A DNA stretch of 20,000 nt from an uncultured virus (IMG/VR IMGVR_UViG_3300033170_000307) (Duplodnaviria; Heunggongvirae; Uroviricota; Caudoviricetes): the IMG/VR virus record IMGVR_UViG_3300033170_000307; one strand, 5' to 3'. Numbering within the stretch: the stretch's first letter is position 1; each line of letters begins with the position of its first letter. The translations under genes and the position numbers were made by a program. Below, in pieces: positions 1-8,842 of the stretch. The notes below the pieces were generated by a model. That model ran no database searches, was not told where the DNA came from, and worked only from the letters and a program-made list of their open reading frames with translations.

Positions 1-72
1 CCAACTGCCGCCGGCCGGGCCACTCGATAGGAGAGTGAAAGGAGGTCACGATGAACTATCTGTACCAACCGT

Positions 73-402
73 CTATCTGACCAGCTCCAGGTGCTGCCGG
101 CTGTCGAGCGTGTCGCTCCAGTACAGGCCGATGTCTACCCAGTGCTCGTACTGCCGGAACACGTCTACGGTGACATGGGGCAGGACGATTTCCTCGGCCT
201 GGCGCTCCAGGTCCAGCAGGTGGTCATGGAGGGTGGCGCGCAGGACCCTGGCCCAGTAGCGCATCCGGTCGTCGGTCTGCGGGTGGGCGATTAGCTCGTG
301 GAGCATCTGTTCGAGCAGTTCATCAAAGAGCCCCTGGGCCTGGGCCGTGAGGAGCTCGGGCAGCTCAACGCTTGCGGGCCCGACAGGCGGGCGACGGTAC
401 AT
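73..402 (-). CDS. hypothetical protein, 109 aa
   Basis: Protein-like helical composition; AAGGAG ~11 nt upstream of the ATG; part of a tightly packed minus-strand run. Confidence 0.6.
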   Translation of the reverse strand: MYRRPPVGPASVELPELLTAQAQGLFDELLEQMLHELIAHPQTDDRMRYWARVLRATLHDHLLDLERQAEEIVLPHVTVDVFRQYEHWVDIGLYWSDTLDSRQHLELVR

Positions 403-649
403 ACGGGCATCCGCTCCTTGAGCAAGGAGGGACGCTCGGTGGCGCCGGCCGGTTCAGCAGGGCGCGCAGGAAGCCCTGCAGGAACCACAGCAGCACGAGG
501 CCAGCAAACAGCCCGAGCCAGGGGTAGCCGAGCACGTTGCCCAGCCCGCACATGGCGGTGACAAAGAACAGGCTGACGAGACAGCCGCAGCCATCAAGCA
601 GGATGCCGATAGCCCCCATCAAGACGAGACAGAGCAGGATGACTTCCAT
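365..649 (-). CDS. small membrane protein, ~94 aa (MEVILLCLVLMG...)
   Basis: Two to three hydrophobic segments; start moved to ATG 649, 5 nt after the stop of the upstream gene. Confidence 0.6.
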   Translation of the reverse strand: MEVILLCLVLMGAIGILLDGCGCLVSLFFVTAMCGLGNVLGYPWLGLFAGLVLLWFLQGFLRALLNRPAPPSVPPCSRSGCPYVPSPACRARKR

Positions 650-654
650 GGCAC

Positions 655-987
655 TCAGTCCCCAATCGCGCGCCGGTAGCGCTCGTCTTCGTCCAGCTTG
701 TCCAGCAGTTTGGCCACGACCCGGTAGGGGTCGGCATCGGCCGGAAACCCGAGGGCCGGCAGCCGGGCATAGACGCTCTCGATGCGCACGCCGCCCCACG
801 CCATCAGGTACAGGGTGATGCTGGCCCGCGACTTGCCGGCCGGGGGTTCGTTCTGGCTGCGCACCGTGAGCTGGTGCCGGTACTGTACCCCATGGAGCGG
901 ACTGCGGACGGAGACAGCCGCCGTGTGGCACTCGTAGCCGAGCCTGGTGAGCAGTTTGCACAGGTGCTTGAGGTTGTTGGCGGTCAT
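655..987 (-). CDS. hypothetical protein, 110 aa (MTANNLKHL...)
   Basis: GGAG upstream of ATG 987; ATGA overlap with the upstream stop at 984-986. Confidence 0.65.
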   Translation of the reverse strand: MTANNLKHLCKLLTRLGYECHTAAVSVRSPLHGVQYRHQLTVRSQNEPPAGKSRASITLYLMAWGGVRIESVYARLPALGFPADADPYRVVAKLLDKLDEDERYRRAIGD

Positions 988-1438
988 ACCGGCTCCGCTC
1001 CCTGGCTGACGACGATGAAGGTGGCGGTTGGTGAGTGGAACTGGGCCGTCTTCCAGGTCCCGGCCGCGTAGGCTTTGAAGCGCCCGTTGGTCAGGCGCAA
1101 GAGCAGCTCGCCCATGGCACTGACTTCGACAGCGGTGATGGCGGCCTGGATGCCTCTGCGCCCACTGGCGTGGGAGATGGCGGCCTGCGCCCACTGGCGT
1201 GGGAGATGGCGGCCTGGGGTCCCAGGCGGTGGACCATGTGGGAGAAGTTCTCGGACGCCCACTGCCCCCGGCCGGGCCGTGAGCCCTGGGCGATAGCCAG
1301 ATGAGCGTCAATGGGGGGAGAACAGACAGCGCCGTAGACGGTGACGCCCCGGAGGCTCCAGGCATGGTACTCGACTTGGGCTGCGTGCAACGGGGTGATG
1401 AAGAGAACAAGCAGCAGTGTGATGAAGAGTAGGCGCAT
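984..1438 (-). pseudogene. signal-peptide-bearing protein frameshifted by a 29-bp tandem duplication
   Basis: GGAGG + ATG 1438, N-terminus MRLLFITLLLVLFITPLHA; QAAISHASGRR is read in two frames; removing one repeat copy joins the frames and ends the ORF at 984. Confidence 0.6.
1156..1216. repeat. 29-bp tandem duplication with internal hairpin
   Basis: CTGCGCCCACTGGCGTGGGAGATGGCGGC at 1156 and 1185. Confidence 0.95.
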
Positions 1439-1466
1439 TGGTACCTCCCTGGTCCAAAGGGGGTAT

Positions 1467-1958
1467 CTATGCGCTCTGCGCCCTTCTTTGCGCCTGTCGC
1501 TCCCGAAAGCAAGGCTTGCACTCGGCAAAGGGCACGCCGGTGCCAGTGACTTTGTAGAACTCGCTCAACGGGAGAACCTTCTCGCACTTCTTGCAGGGCT
1601 TGGCCGCCCATTCGCCATCCTCGCCCATGACCCAACCCCCAGCTTGGCGGTCAAGGAAGTGATGGAGACTGATGTGCTCTTCATGAGGCATCGAGCGCAA
1701 GTTCTCCAGGCGCCAGTCCAGTTTGTTCTGGTTGATGTGATGCAGGTGGAAACCAGGGGGCAAAGGCCCGTAGTGCTTCTCCCAGACAAGCTGATGCACC
1801 TTGCGGTAGCGTTTGCCTCTGCGTTTGCCATCGGGTCCCCAGCGTGTGGCCGGCACGCACACGACGGGATAGCCATGTTCGTCCACGCGTACCTTGCCCT
1901 CGATGGGCTCGCCAAAGAACGGGGGATAGCCAGGGACTTGGTTGGGGTGTTCAGACAT
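1467..1958 (-). CDS. HNH endonuclease (phage HNH_3-like) with C-terminal Cys zinc-binding motif
   Basis: KVHQLVWEKHYGPLPPGFHLHHINQNKLDWRLENL matches the H-[RQ]-L-V-W...HH-I-N-x-N-K-x-D-x-R-x-E-N-L pattern; CKKC...CKPC; GAGG RBS. Confidence 0.85.
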   Translation of the reverse strand: MSEHPNQVPGYPPFFGEPIEGKVRVDEHGYPVVCVPATRWGPDGKRRGKRYRKVHQLVWEKHYGPLPPGFHLHHINQNKLDWRLENLRSMPHEEHISLHHFLDRQAGGWVMGEDGEWAAKPCKKCEKVLPLSEFYKVTGTGVPFAECKPCFRERQAQRRAQSA

Positions 1959-2190
1959 GAGTGCCTCGATGAGAGCTGCGATGAACCGGCATGGTAGTGG
2001 TTCTTGGAGAACGTGTCAAGAAGGCAACCGAATCGGTTGGGCGAAAAACGGGCTAGCTTTATGTCCGTGGGTGCCATAGTCTGAGAATGGGCGCGAGTCG
2101 TTTCCAACGAATAAATGCCCCTGGTCTATAACCTGTTTATACTTCGTTGCGTGCTATCCTGCGCGTATGATGCGCGCAATCCTGTGCACC

Positions 2191-2239
2191 AAAAAACTGA
2201 AAAAAAGGTCTTGACTAATGCCGGATATGGTGGTATGGT
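2191..2239 (+). promoter_or_regulatory. sigma70-type promoter with A-tract UP element and extended -10
   Basis: TTGACT (2211-2216), 17-bp spacer, TGn-TATGGT (2234-2239); A-tracts at 2191-2206. Confidence 0.75.
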
Positions 2240-2395
2240 AAGGCGTTTCAAGCAACAAGGGCACCTTGACAACGCAGGAAGGGCGCACTCCTGCTGCATA
2301 GCAGATACGCAAGAAACCTGACGTTCCTGCGCTATTGGCGCAGGCATGGTTTCCCTTTCGCAAGACGTTACACCTGTCGCATGAAAGGGAAGTCA

Positions 2396-3442
2396 ATGAA
2401 GGCACAGCAGCAGTATCAAGATGAGTATCGCAACGAGCATCTAGCGCGCTATGCTGACGCTCCAGAGGGGTACGTGCAAGGGGTACGGCAGAAGGGTATC
2501 CTGAATCCGAAAGCATACCTTGTGGCGCTTTGGTGTGGGGATGGACTCCGCGCCCTCCGCGCCCTTGAGGGGGAGGAAAAGAAGCGCGCCTCCCGCGCCT
2601 TCCGAAGGACTGAGGCAAAACTGAGGGAGGGTGGCACCTTTACGGCATCTTCCCTCCTCGCGTGCATTAAGGCGGCGTTCCTCGCCCTAACGGCGGTCCC
2701 CTCCTTGTCACAGGACTTCGCTTCCGAAGTGGAGTTCGTGGCAAAGTCGGCAGACCTCGCCGACAAGGACCTTGGCGAGACCATTCGCCTCCTCGCTGGT
2801 TACAGAGGGTGTGGAGGAAAGTCCTCACGAGGCGAGGACTTGAGCGACGAGGGAAAGAGGGGGCAGGCTTACATACGCGCATGTCGCGCGGTAAACGGCA
2901 TCGCAGGCAAGCCGAGAAATATCCTGCGCAAGACACAGGTTATCCGTAACCTGTGCCAAGACTCGCCCTTCGGCGAGGCCTTGTGCGAGGTGGTCCTGTA
3001 CCTCGTAAAAGTGAGGCAAGCAATGGAGCTGTTTCTCTCCTGCCTCACAAACCCGGACGTTTCCGCCGATGTGACCGCTGAGGCTTGCGCTGAATACGTG
3101 ACGCTGAGGCTAGGGGTCGCCGAAGTCCTGCAGGAGTTCAAGACGCGAGGCGGGGCCCTCTACGACGCGTATATTGAAAAGGCCAAGGAAAAGCGCGCTG
3201 AGGTCCTGCAGGAGAAGGCGGAGGCGGAGGCGGAGGTGGGTACAATCAAGTTCCGTAGGTCCCTTGACGGAGGGCGGACTTGGACTGACGAGGAGGTTCC
3301 GCTGAGCAAGCCGCAAGGCAAGATGCGCAACCGTAGGCGAGTCCACGGAATCCAGACAGTCTCGTGGGAAGTCCTGCAGGAGAAGGCGTGGAGGCAGGAA
3401 GAGGCGCTGCAGGAAGCGGAGGAGGAGGCAGTCTGGGAGTAG
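2396..3442 (+). CDS. hypothetical helical protein, ~348 aa (alternative start 2381)
   Basis: Long ORF between a promoter and a terminator; AAAGGGA upstream of ATG 2396; no family recognised. Confidence 0.85.
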   Translation: MKAQQQYQDEYRNEHLARYADAPEGYVQGVRQKGILNPKAYLVALWCGDGLRALRALEGEEKKRASRAFRRTEAKLREGGTFTASSLLACIKAAFLALTAVPSLSQDFASEVEFVAKSADLADKDLGETIRLLAGYRGCGGKSSRGEDLSDEGKRGQAYIRACRAVNGIAGKPRNILRKTQVIRNLCQDSPFGEALCEVVLYLVKVRQAMELFLSCLTNPDVSADVTAEACAEYVTLRLGVAEVLQEFKTRGGALYDAYIEKAKEKRAEVLQEKAEAEAEVGTIKFRRSLDGGRTWTDEEVPLSKPQGKMRNRRRVHGIQTVSWEVLQEKAWRQEEALQEAEEEAVWE

Positions 3443-3446
3443 AGAC

Positions 3447-3485
3447 AAAAAGGGCCCGCGCCGAGAGGCGCGGGCCCTTTCGTTT
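3447..3485. terminator. intrinsic terminator, probably bidirectional
   Basis: 14-bp stem AAAGGGCCCGCGCC-GAGA-GGCGCGGGCCCTTT with A-run before and T-rich run after, at the convergence of + and - genes. Confidence 0.85.
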
Positions 3486-3736
3486 GTGTAGCCAGGTGTT
3501 GGCGTTAGAGGCTGAGCTGCTGCTGGGGGTGGGTGGGGATGATTGCGGATGGGGCATGAACTGAACGGCAATCATCCTGGAGCCAAGTTTCCTGAACGGT
3601 CTTGGCGTTAGAGCCCAGCCCCTGCCCCCGCTGCTGTGCGCAGGATTGCGGGTTGGTCTTGATATGAACGGCCCGTCTCTCGGGCCCATGTTTTCCTGTC
3701 TACACTCTACGGCGCACGATTGCGGGTAGGAATAGC

Positions 3737-3764
3737 AACGGGCCGGCCCGAAGGCCGGCCCGTT
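3737..3764 (-). terminator. hairpin after the 113-aa gene
   Basis: 12-bp perfect stem with a C-UUCG-G loop on the minus strand; weak U tract. Confidence 0.6.
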
Positions 3765-3773
3765 CGTCCGTGG

Positions 3774-4115
3774 TTAGGCGACGGCCTCCGCGTTGGCGCC
3801 GAGTGCGATAGCGGCCCGTTCGTGGGGATAGCGGCCGAAGTTGGCATTGAAGACTTCGGCTTGCGCGCGGATGAAGCTGAGGGCGCGCGGCCCGGTGAAG
3901 TTGGGGTATCGACCGAAGGTGCGCCGATACCAGTTGCGATTGGCGTGGTCATCGCCATAGGGCGCGACGGCGAGGAGGTCCAGCGGCACGCCGGTGTAGA
4001 CTTCGGCGACGGGTTTCGGGTGATTCTTCGACGGCCCCTGCTGGTACAGGTCACCCTTGCGGAAATTGACCTGCGCGTTCGGCTTGTAGTACACTTGGTT
4101 CGGGTTCGTGCGCAT
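3774..4115 (-). CDS. hypothetical protein, 113 aa
   Basis: Fills one motif A unit; purine-rich leader; followed by a hairpin. Confidence 0.75.
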   Translation of the reverse strand: MRTNPNQVYYKPNAQVNFRKGDLYQQGPSKNHPKPVAEVYTGVPLDLLAVAPYGDDHANRNWYRRTFGRYPNFTGPRALSFIRAQAEVFNANFGRYPHERAAIALGANAEAVA

Positions 4116-4278
4116 AGCCTATCACTTCCCTATGGTGTGTTGTACGTCCGTCCTACACTACTGTGCGCATGATTGCGGGCCGACCTCCTCGGCCCTACAG
4201 AAGAGAGTTTAGCATAGCAGAAGAGTTGTGTAAACTACTTTCTTACACTACGTATGCGCACGATTGCGGCCCGGTCGT

Positions 4279-4338
4279 CTACCCAAAGAGTGCGGCGAGT
4301 CCTAACATCACGAGTCCGATGAGTGCGAGTGCTATCAT
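4279..4338 (-). CDS. 19-aa hydrophobic microprotein MIALALIGLVMLGLAALFG
   Basis: GGAGGT 5 nt before the ATG; fills one motif A unit; translated by hand. Confidence 0.6.
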   Translation of the reverse strand: MIALALIGLVMLGLAALFG

Positions 4339-4533
4339 AGGCGACCTCCGAAGTGTAGTTGGTACACTACCCGGCGCACGATTGCGCGGCCCTTGGCGTT
4401 AGAGCCCAGCCCTGGCTCACGGCGGCGCTGGATGATTGCGTTTGTGACTTTCGCTGAACGGCACTGAACAGGGAGCCATGGAATCAGGAGGGGCCGAAGT
4501 CCCTCCCTACATCACTGGGCGCACGATTGCGGG

Positions 4534-4797
4534 CTACTCTGCGTCGAGCTCTACCCGTCCGGTCATATCGGTGAGCTTGCGCTGGCGCAGGATTGCGATG
4601 CGCGTCTGCGCGTGCTGGGCGCGCAGGGCGGCGACCGCCTGCGTGAAGGCGACAATGAGCACGGCGGCGGCCAGGGCGCAGCAGCCGGGGATGATGTCGC
4701 CCCGCTGCAGGTCGTGGGCCTTGAGGAATTGGTAGTAGTGGACCGAGAAGACACCGACCAGTGCTGTGATGATGTGGCTGATGATGAGTCGTGTCAT
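4534..4797 (-). CDS. two-TM membrane protein, 87 aa (MTRLIISH...)
   Basis: GGAGG RBS; two hydrophobic stretches; stop abuts motif A. Confidence 0.7.
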   Translation of the reverse strand: MTRLIISHIITALVGVFSVHYYQFLKAHDLQRGDIIPGCCALAAAVLIVAFTQAVAALRAQHAQTRIAILRQRKLTDMTGRVELDAE

Positions 4798-5056
4798 GCG
4801 TCTGCCCTCCGGCATGTTTTTGGTGCGTACACAGCTATGCGCACGATTGCGGGGGCGGGGGCGGGGGCGACGGTGCCCCCGGCTCCCCGGCACGACTTCC
4901 ATACGCTTCCGCCACCACTTACCCCGCAGGGCCTCTAGAAGGCGGGTGGCGGACAACGTAGCAACACTCAGCGCATAGGCATCACCTTTGGTAGGGGGAG
5001 TTGCCGGAGGTTCGCGTTCGCTTACTCCGTACACTACTCTGCGCACGATTGCGGCC

Positions 5057-5125
5057 CTACTGCCGGGGCGGCGGGTAGCAGTAGGACATCAGGTTGAGCA
5101 GCAGCGCGACTATGTACATCGGCAT
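5057..5125 (-). CDS. 20-22-aa microprotein (MP)MYIVALLLNLMSYCYPPPRQ
   Basis: GAGGTG upstream; stop 2 nt from motif A; translated by hand. Confidence 0.45.
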   Translation of the reverse strand: MPMYIVALLLNLMSYCYPPPRQ

Positions 5126-5156
5126 CACCTCACACGACTGGGCGCACGATTGCGGC

Positions 5157-5237
5157 TCACTCACCTGCCGGGAAGAGCCACGCGAGGAAGTCGAGTGTCT
5201 TCTCCAGACAGACGGGCAGCATCACCAGCAGCCACAT
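5157..5237 (-). CDS. 26-aa microprotein MWLLVMLPVCLEKTLDFLAWLFPAGE
   Basis: Fills one motif A unit, stop 1 nt from the motif; no clear SD. Confidence 0.4.
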   Translation of the reverse strand: MWLLVMLPVCLEKTLDFLAWLFPAGE

Positions 5238-5369
5238 AGGGCATCACATCATGCCATTGTGCGCATGATTGCGGCCGGCCGCAGTGCCTGGCGTTAGAGC
5301 CCAGCCCCTGCCCCCGCTGCTCTGCGCACGATTGCGGTTAAGACTTCGATTGAACGGCTGAACAGAAGA

Positions 5370-5403
5370 GCCAAGGGAAAGCAGGTGTGAGCCTTCCCTT
5401 GGC
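5370..5403. terminator. hairpin beside motif B copy 4
   Basis: GCCAAGGGAA...TTCCCTTGGC inverted repeat. Confidence 0.4.
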
Positions 5404-5752
5404 CCTCCGGTGTACCTGTGTGCCTTCCCCGGAGAGGGCGGAGGCGTTGAGTTAGGCGCCTCCGGCAGCCGCTAGTCTGCGATGCCGGGACGGTGGGTAG
5501 CTCACCTTTGCAGGTGCCCGAACCTCTCTAGAACCCACCAAGTTCATCTTGGGATAGGCAGCAGGATTACTCTGTACACTACTCTGCGCAGGATTGCGGG
5601 TGGCTTTGGCGCTGGTCTGGCGCCGCTTTTGAGCCCGCTTTTCGCCCGATTGAGACGGCGAGCGTCTCACGCGATGTTTCTGGGCGCCACCCGCTTCATA
5701 CACTACTGTGCGCATGATTGCGGGGGAGGGGTTGTCTCCCCCGCGCACCTGT

Positions 5753-6145
5753 CTACATACTGTCGGCGGCGACCATTCCGGTCGTGGCCACGCCGAAGCG
5801 CGCCTGCAAGACCTCGGCGTGCTTCTCTTGCGCGCGGCGCTGGTCGTGCTCCACGGTGCGGCGGTACCCGGTGTCATGCTTCATGCGATAGTCGTGCAGC
5901 GCCTGCCACGCGGTCTTGTAGACCGCTTCCGTTTCGGCGGTGCGGTTGCGCATCATGGCGTGGAAGGCGCGGACTTCCGCCTGCTTGAGGTCGTGCACCG
6001 GGTCCGCTTCCGCTTCCGCCTGCCGGGCGGCGAGGTGGCGGCGCTTGGAGGCGGTGAGCCGAGCGCAATACTGCTCAAACTCCCCCTCCTCATACTGGAA
6101 GTTGTGACGGGAGTCGGGCTTGAGGGTCTTCTGCACGCGTTTCAT
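5753..6145 (-). CDS. hypothetical helical protein, 130 aa
   Basis: AGGTGAGG RBS; fills one motif A unit. Confidence 0.75.
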   Translation of the reverse strand: MKRVQKTLKPDSRHNFQYEEGEFEQYCARLTASKRRHLAARQAEAEADPVHDLKQAEVRAFHAMMRNRTAETEAVYKTAWQALHDYRMKHDTGYRRTVEHDQRRAQEKHAEVLQARFGVATTGMVAADSM

Positions 6146-6332
6146 GTTGCCTCACCTGTTAGGTGGTATTGGTCAGGTTGACACCTGACACTACTCTGCG
6201 CACGATTGCGACACAATTACCCCTTGGGATGATTGGCTCTGGCGTTAGAGCCCGGCGCCCCGGCACGGCAGGGGCACGATTGCGGATGTGTGCAATCGAT
6301 TGAACGGTCTTGAACTGGGACCCATGAAATGG

Positions 6333-6358
6333 AAAAGCCCCCGGCTCTCACCGGGGGC
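6333..6358 (-). terminator. intrinsic terminator
   Basis: GCCCCCGG/CCGGGGGC stem followed by UUUU on the minus strand. Confidence 0.7.
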
Positions 6359-6386
6359 CCTTCCGCAATCATCTAGCCGCGCCGCA

Positions 6387-6533
6387 TCAGCGTGCCTCCT
6401 TGGGTATGAGTGGCTGCACACGCCACTTCGGGCGCGTGATGTTCTGGTTCGGGCGGTTCCACGCGCAGCCAACGCTGCAGCCGACTTGGCCGCAGCGCGG
6501 GCACTTGCCTTCGTCACTCTGCCTGTAGGGCAT
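6387..6533 (-). CDS. 48-aa Cys-rich protein (CPRC...CSVGC)
   Basis: GGAGGT RBS, ATG 6533. Confidence 0.65.
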   Translation of the reverse strand: MPYRQSDEGKCPRCGQVGCSVGCAWNRPNQNITRPKWRVQPLIPKEAR

Positions 6534-6564
6534 ATCCAACCTCCAGAGTAGCTGGGTTCTTACA

Positions 6565-6861
6565 CTACTCTGCGCAGGATTGCGGCTTCGCCCGCCAGTG
6601 CCTGTCGCGCACAAGCGTGCGCATACGCAGGGCGGGGTGCTCCGTGATGCGTTCGTCTACCATCCGCGCTTCTTCGTCGCTGGCAGTGAAGACCAGGACC
6701 TCCGGCTGATTCTCCCAGCCGTGCTCGTGCTCCCAGGTGGGGTTCGGCCTCTTCAGGCCGGCCAGCAGGACCTCCCAGTCCACCGGCTCCTGCACCGGGA
6801 AGGTGATGCCCGTCTTGTCATAGCCGGTGCTGCCCGTCGCCCGTATGTATCGCCGTCTCAT
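6565..6861 (-). CDS. hypothetical protein, 98 aa (MRRRYIRATG...)
   Basis: GGAGGT RBS; reads through the motif A core and stops at its TAG. Confidence 0.75.
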   Translation of the reverse strand: MRRRYIRATGSTGYDKTGITFPVQEPVDWEVLLAGLKRPNPTWEHEHGWENQPEVLVFTASDEEARMVDERITEHPALRMRTLVRDRHWRAKPQSCAE

Positions 6862-6925
6862 GATGCAACCTCCACAGCGTAGTGGGTTCTTACACCACTC
6901 TGCGCACGATTGCGGGGCAGAGCCC

Positions 6926-7366
6926 CTACCCGTTGGGGTCGGGGGGCTCCACCTCTGCCGGGATGATTTCGCAGTAGACCTCATCGAGTTCGCCCTCGTC
7001 ATTCAGTTCGTCGGGGCGGTGCTCCTGAATCCACTCCTCCATGATTCTGTAGCACTCCTGTTCGGCGTGCGCCGGCATCACGTTGCTGCAGAAGACCGCG
7101 ACCGTGAGCTTGACGTAGCCGCTGCCGATGTGGAACATATAGGCGGGGTCGGGCTCGGGGAAGTCGGGCGTCTCGCTGGCGCGCTGCTTGAGCCATTCAT
7201 CGCGCGCGAGATTGCGGCGCCGGGCGTACTCTGCGCCGCGCTCCCATGAGGGCAGTTCGTCCAGGTCCTTGCCGCCAGGGAAGGGTACTTCGTCGCCGGC
7301 CTGATTCAGGTAAATCATGGCGACCGCCTGCCGCGCTTCGTCGCTGTGCAGTCCGGGTGTGGGCAT
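6926..7366 (-). CDS. acidic hypothetical protein, 146 aa
   Basis: GGAGGT RBS; fills one unit. Confidence 0.8.
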   Translation of the reverse strand: MPTPGLHSDEARQAVAMIYLNQAGDEVPFPGGKDLDELPSWERGAEYARRRNLARDEWLKQRASETPDFPEPDPAYMFHIGSGYVKLTVAVFCSNVMPAHAEQECYRIMEEWIQEHRPDELNDEGELDEVYCEIIPAEVEPPDPNG

Positions 7367-7420
7367 GTGAGACCTCCAGAAGTGAGTGGTTACACTCCTA
7401 TGCGCACGATTGCGGCCGCC

Positions 7421-7759
7421 CTACGACGGCGGCCAGATGTCGTAGCAGCGGGTATTGCCGCAGCGCCCCACAATGAGGTGCAGGGGAGCGAGCGCCGGGT
7501 ATTCGGGGAAGCCGTAGAGCGTGCAGAAGACCGCCCGCATGACATCGGGCGTGCCACGGCGCAGCTTCTGATTGCGCTTCGTCGCTTCGGGGTGCTCCCA
7601 GACCTGTTTCTCCTCAGGCGTCCACGTATGGCGGCCCGACTCGATGCGGAAGCCCGCGTTCGTCAGAGCATCAATCGGGTGGATGATGTGGCCGGGCGCC
7701 AGTTCTTCTGTCTGCTTGAGTGCGGCCAGCGCAGCCGCGAGCGCTTCGTCGTAGGACAT
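7421..7759 (-). CDS. hypothetical protein, 112 aa, CxxC...CxxC
   Basis: GGAGGTCGCATC-ATG; CTLY and CGRC motifs in the C-terminal part (only one full CxxC). Confidence 0.75.
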   Translation of the reverse strand: MSYDEALAAALAALKQTEELAPGHIIHPIDALTNAGFRIESGRHTWTPEEKQVWEHPEATKRNQKLRRGTPDVMRAVFCTLYGFPEYPALAPLHLIVGRCGNTRCYDIWPPS

Positions 7760-8142
7760 GATGCGACCTCCACAGTGTAGTGGGTACACTCCTCTGCGCA
7801 CGATTGCGGGGCACACGCCGACAGCCACTCTTTCTCCCCGTGCCTCTGCTTCGCCTCATGAGGGGCACTCCACAGAGCGAACACTTGGGAGCGAGAGGAT
7901 TGGCCTGCCGGCGTCTGCCTCGCCATCTGGCGTTAGACCTGGGCCCCTGGTCCACACGTCTGCGCATGATTGCGGGTCGGATTACGATTGAACGGCAACT
8001 GAACGGGGACCTAGAAAACTGCGACCGGACGGCGCACTGGGCATTGCTGCTCCCGCTGCTACGCCCCTGTAGCCGGCTACGGGGTTCGCTGCTGTTACTC
8101 GGGATGCGCCGTCCGCTCACATCTCTATGCGCACGATTGCGG

Positions 8143-8469
8143 CTACCCCTCGTCGCCGAGGGGCACCACTATCATCACGCCACTGAGCACGAGCACCGGG
8201 GTGGGCTCGGGCACGCCGTAGACGTGGGCATACGTCTGCAGCGCGGGGTCGGTGCTCAGCAGGCTCACGTCGCGTACCCAGTCCTTGCCACTCTCACCGA
8301 TGATAGTGCAGAGGTGGGCGCAGCACTGCACGGGGCAGGTGAAGCGCGCGGCGTTGCAGCGCACGCACACTTGGTGCATTCGGTCGAGCTTGGCCAGTTC
8401 GTCAACGTCCGGGCCGTTCAGGTAGCCGTGGTTCCTGACAATCTTCTCCAGTAGCTTCTGCAGGGGCAT
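8143..8469 (-). CDS. Cys-rich hypothetical protein, 108 aa
   Basis: GGAGGTCGCATC-ATG; CVRC...CPVQCC; stop directly abuts motif A. Confidence 0.75.
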   Translation of the reverse strand: MPLQKLLEKIVRNHGYLNGPDVDELAKLDRMHQVCVRCNAARFTCPVQCCAHLCTIIGESGKDWVRDVSLLSTDPALQTYAHVYGVPEPTPVLVLSGVMIVVPLGDEG

Positions 8470-8541
8470 GATGCGACCTCCCGGTATGGGGTTGGGGGCA
8501 GGTCACCCTGCCCCCTATACTACTCTGCGCACGATTGCGGG

Positions 8542-8766
8542 CTACTTGATGGCGTACTTCGCGTGGAAGCGCTCGGTGTGGCTGAAGCTCTGGGTGATGC
8601 AGCGGCCGATGCGCACGGCCCCCGCGTTGCCCACGAAGACCTTGCGGTCCTCGCTCATCTTCGGGTGCGTGAAGCAGCGGTACTTGCGCCCTCTGGTCTG
8701 GGTCTCGGTGTACCCGAGTTCCTGCAGCTTGGCGATGACCTGCTCCGTCTTGGTCAGCTTGGCCAT
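8542..8766 (-). CDS. basic hypothetical protein, 74 aa (MAKLTKTEQ...)
   Basis: GGAGGT RBS; stop abuts motif A. Confidence 0.75.
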   Translation of the reverse strand: MAKLTKTEQVIAKLQELGYTETQTRGRKYRCFTHPKMSEDRKVFVGNAGAVRIGRCITQSFSHTERFHAKYAIK

Positions 8767-8842
8767 GGGTGCGACCTCCATAGATGTGATGGATACGTGG
8801 GGAGCACTGCGGCTCCCCACGATACTCTGCGCACGATTGCGG

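Noticed and set aside
39..80. Plus-strand AAGGAGGT + ATG at 51
   Set aside because: Opens only a 9-codon ORF (MNYLYQPSI); context left of the window is missing
1467..1958. HNH gene as intron-encoded or as the array's mobiliser
   Set aside because: No split host gene or intron structure visible; free-standing HNH genes are common in phages and nothing links it to the motif
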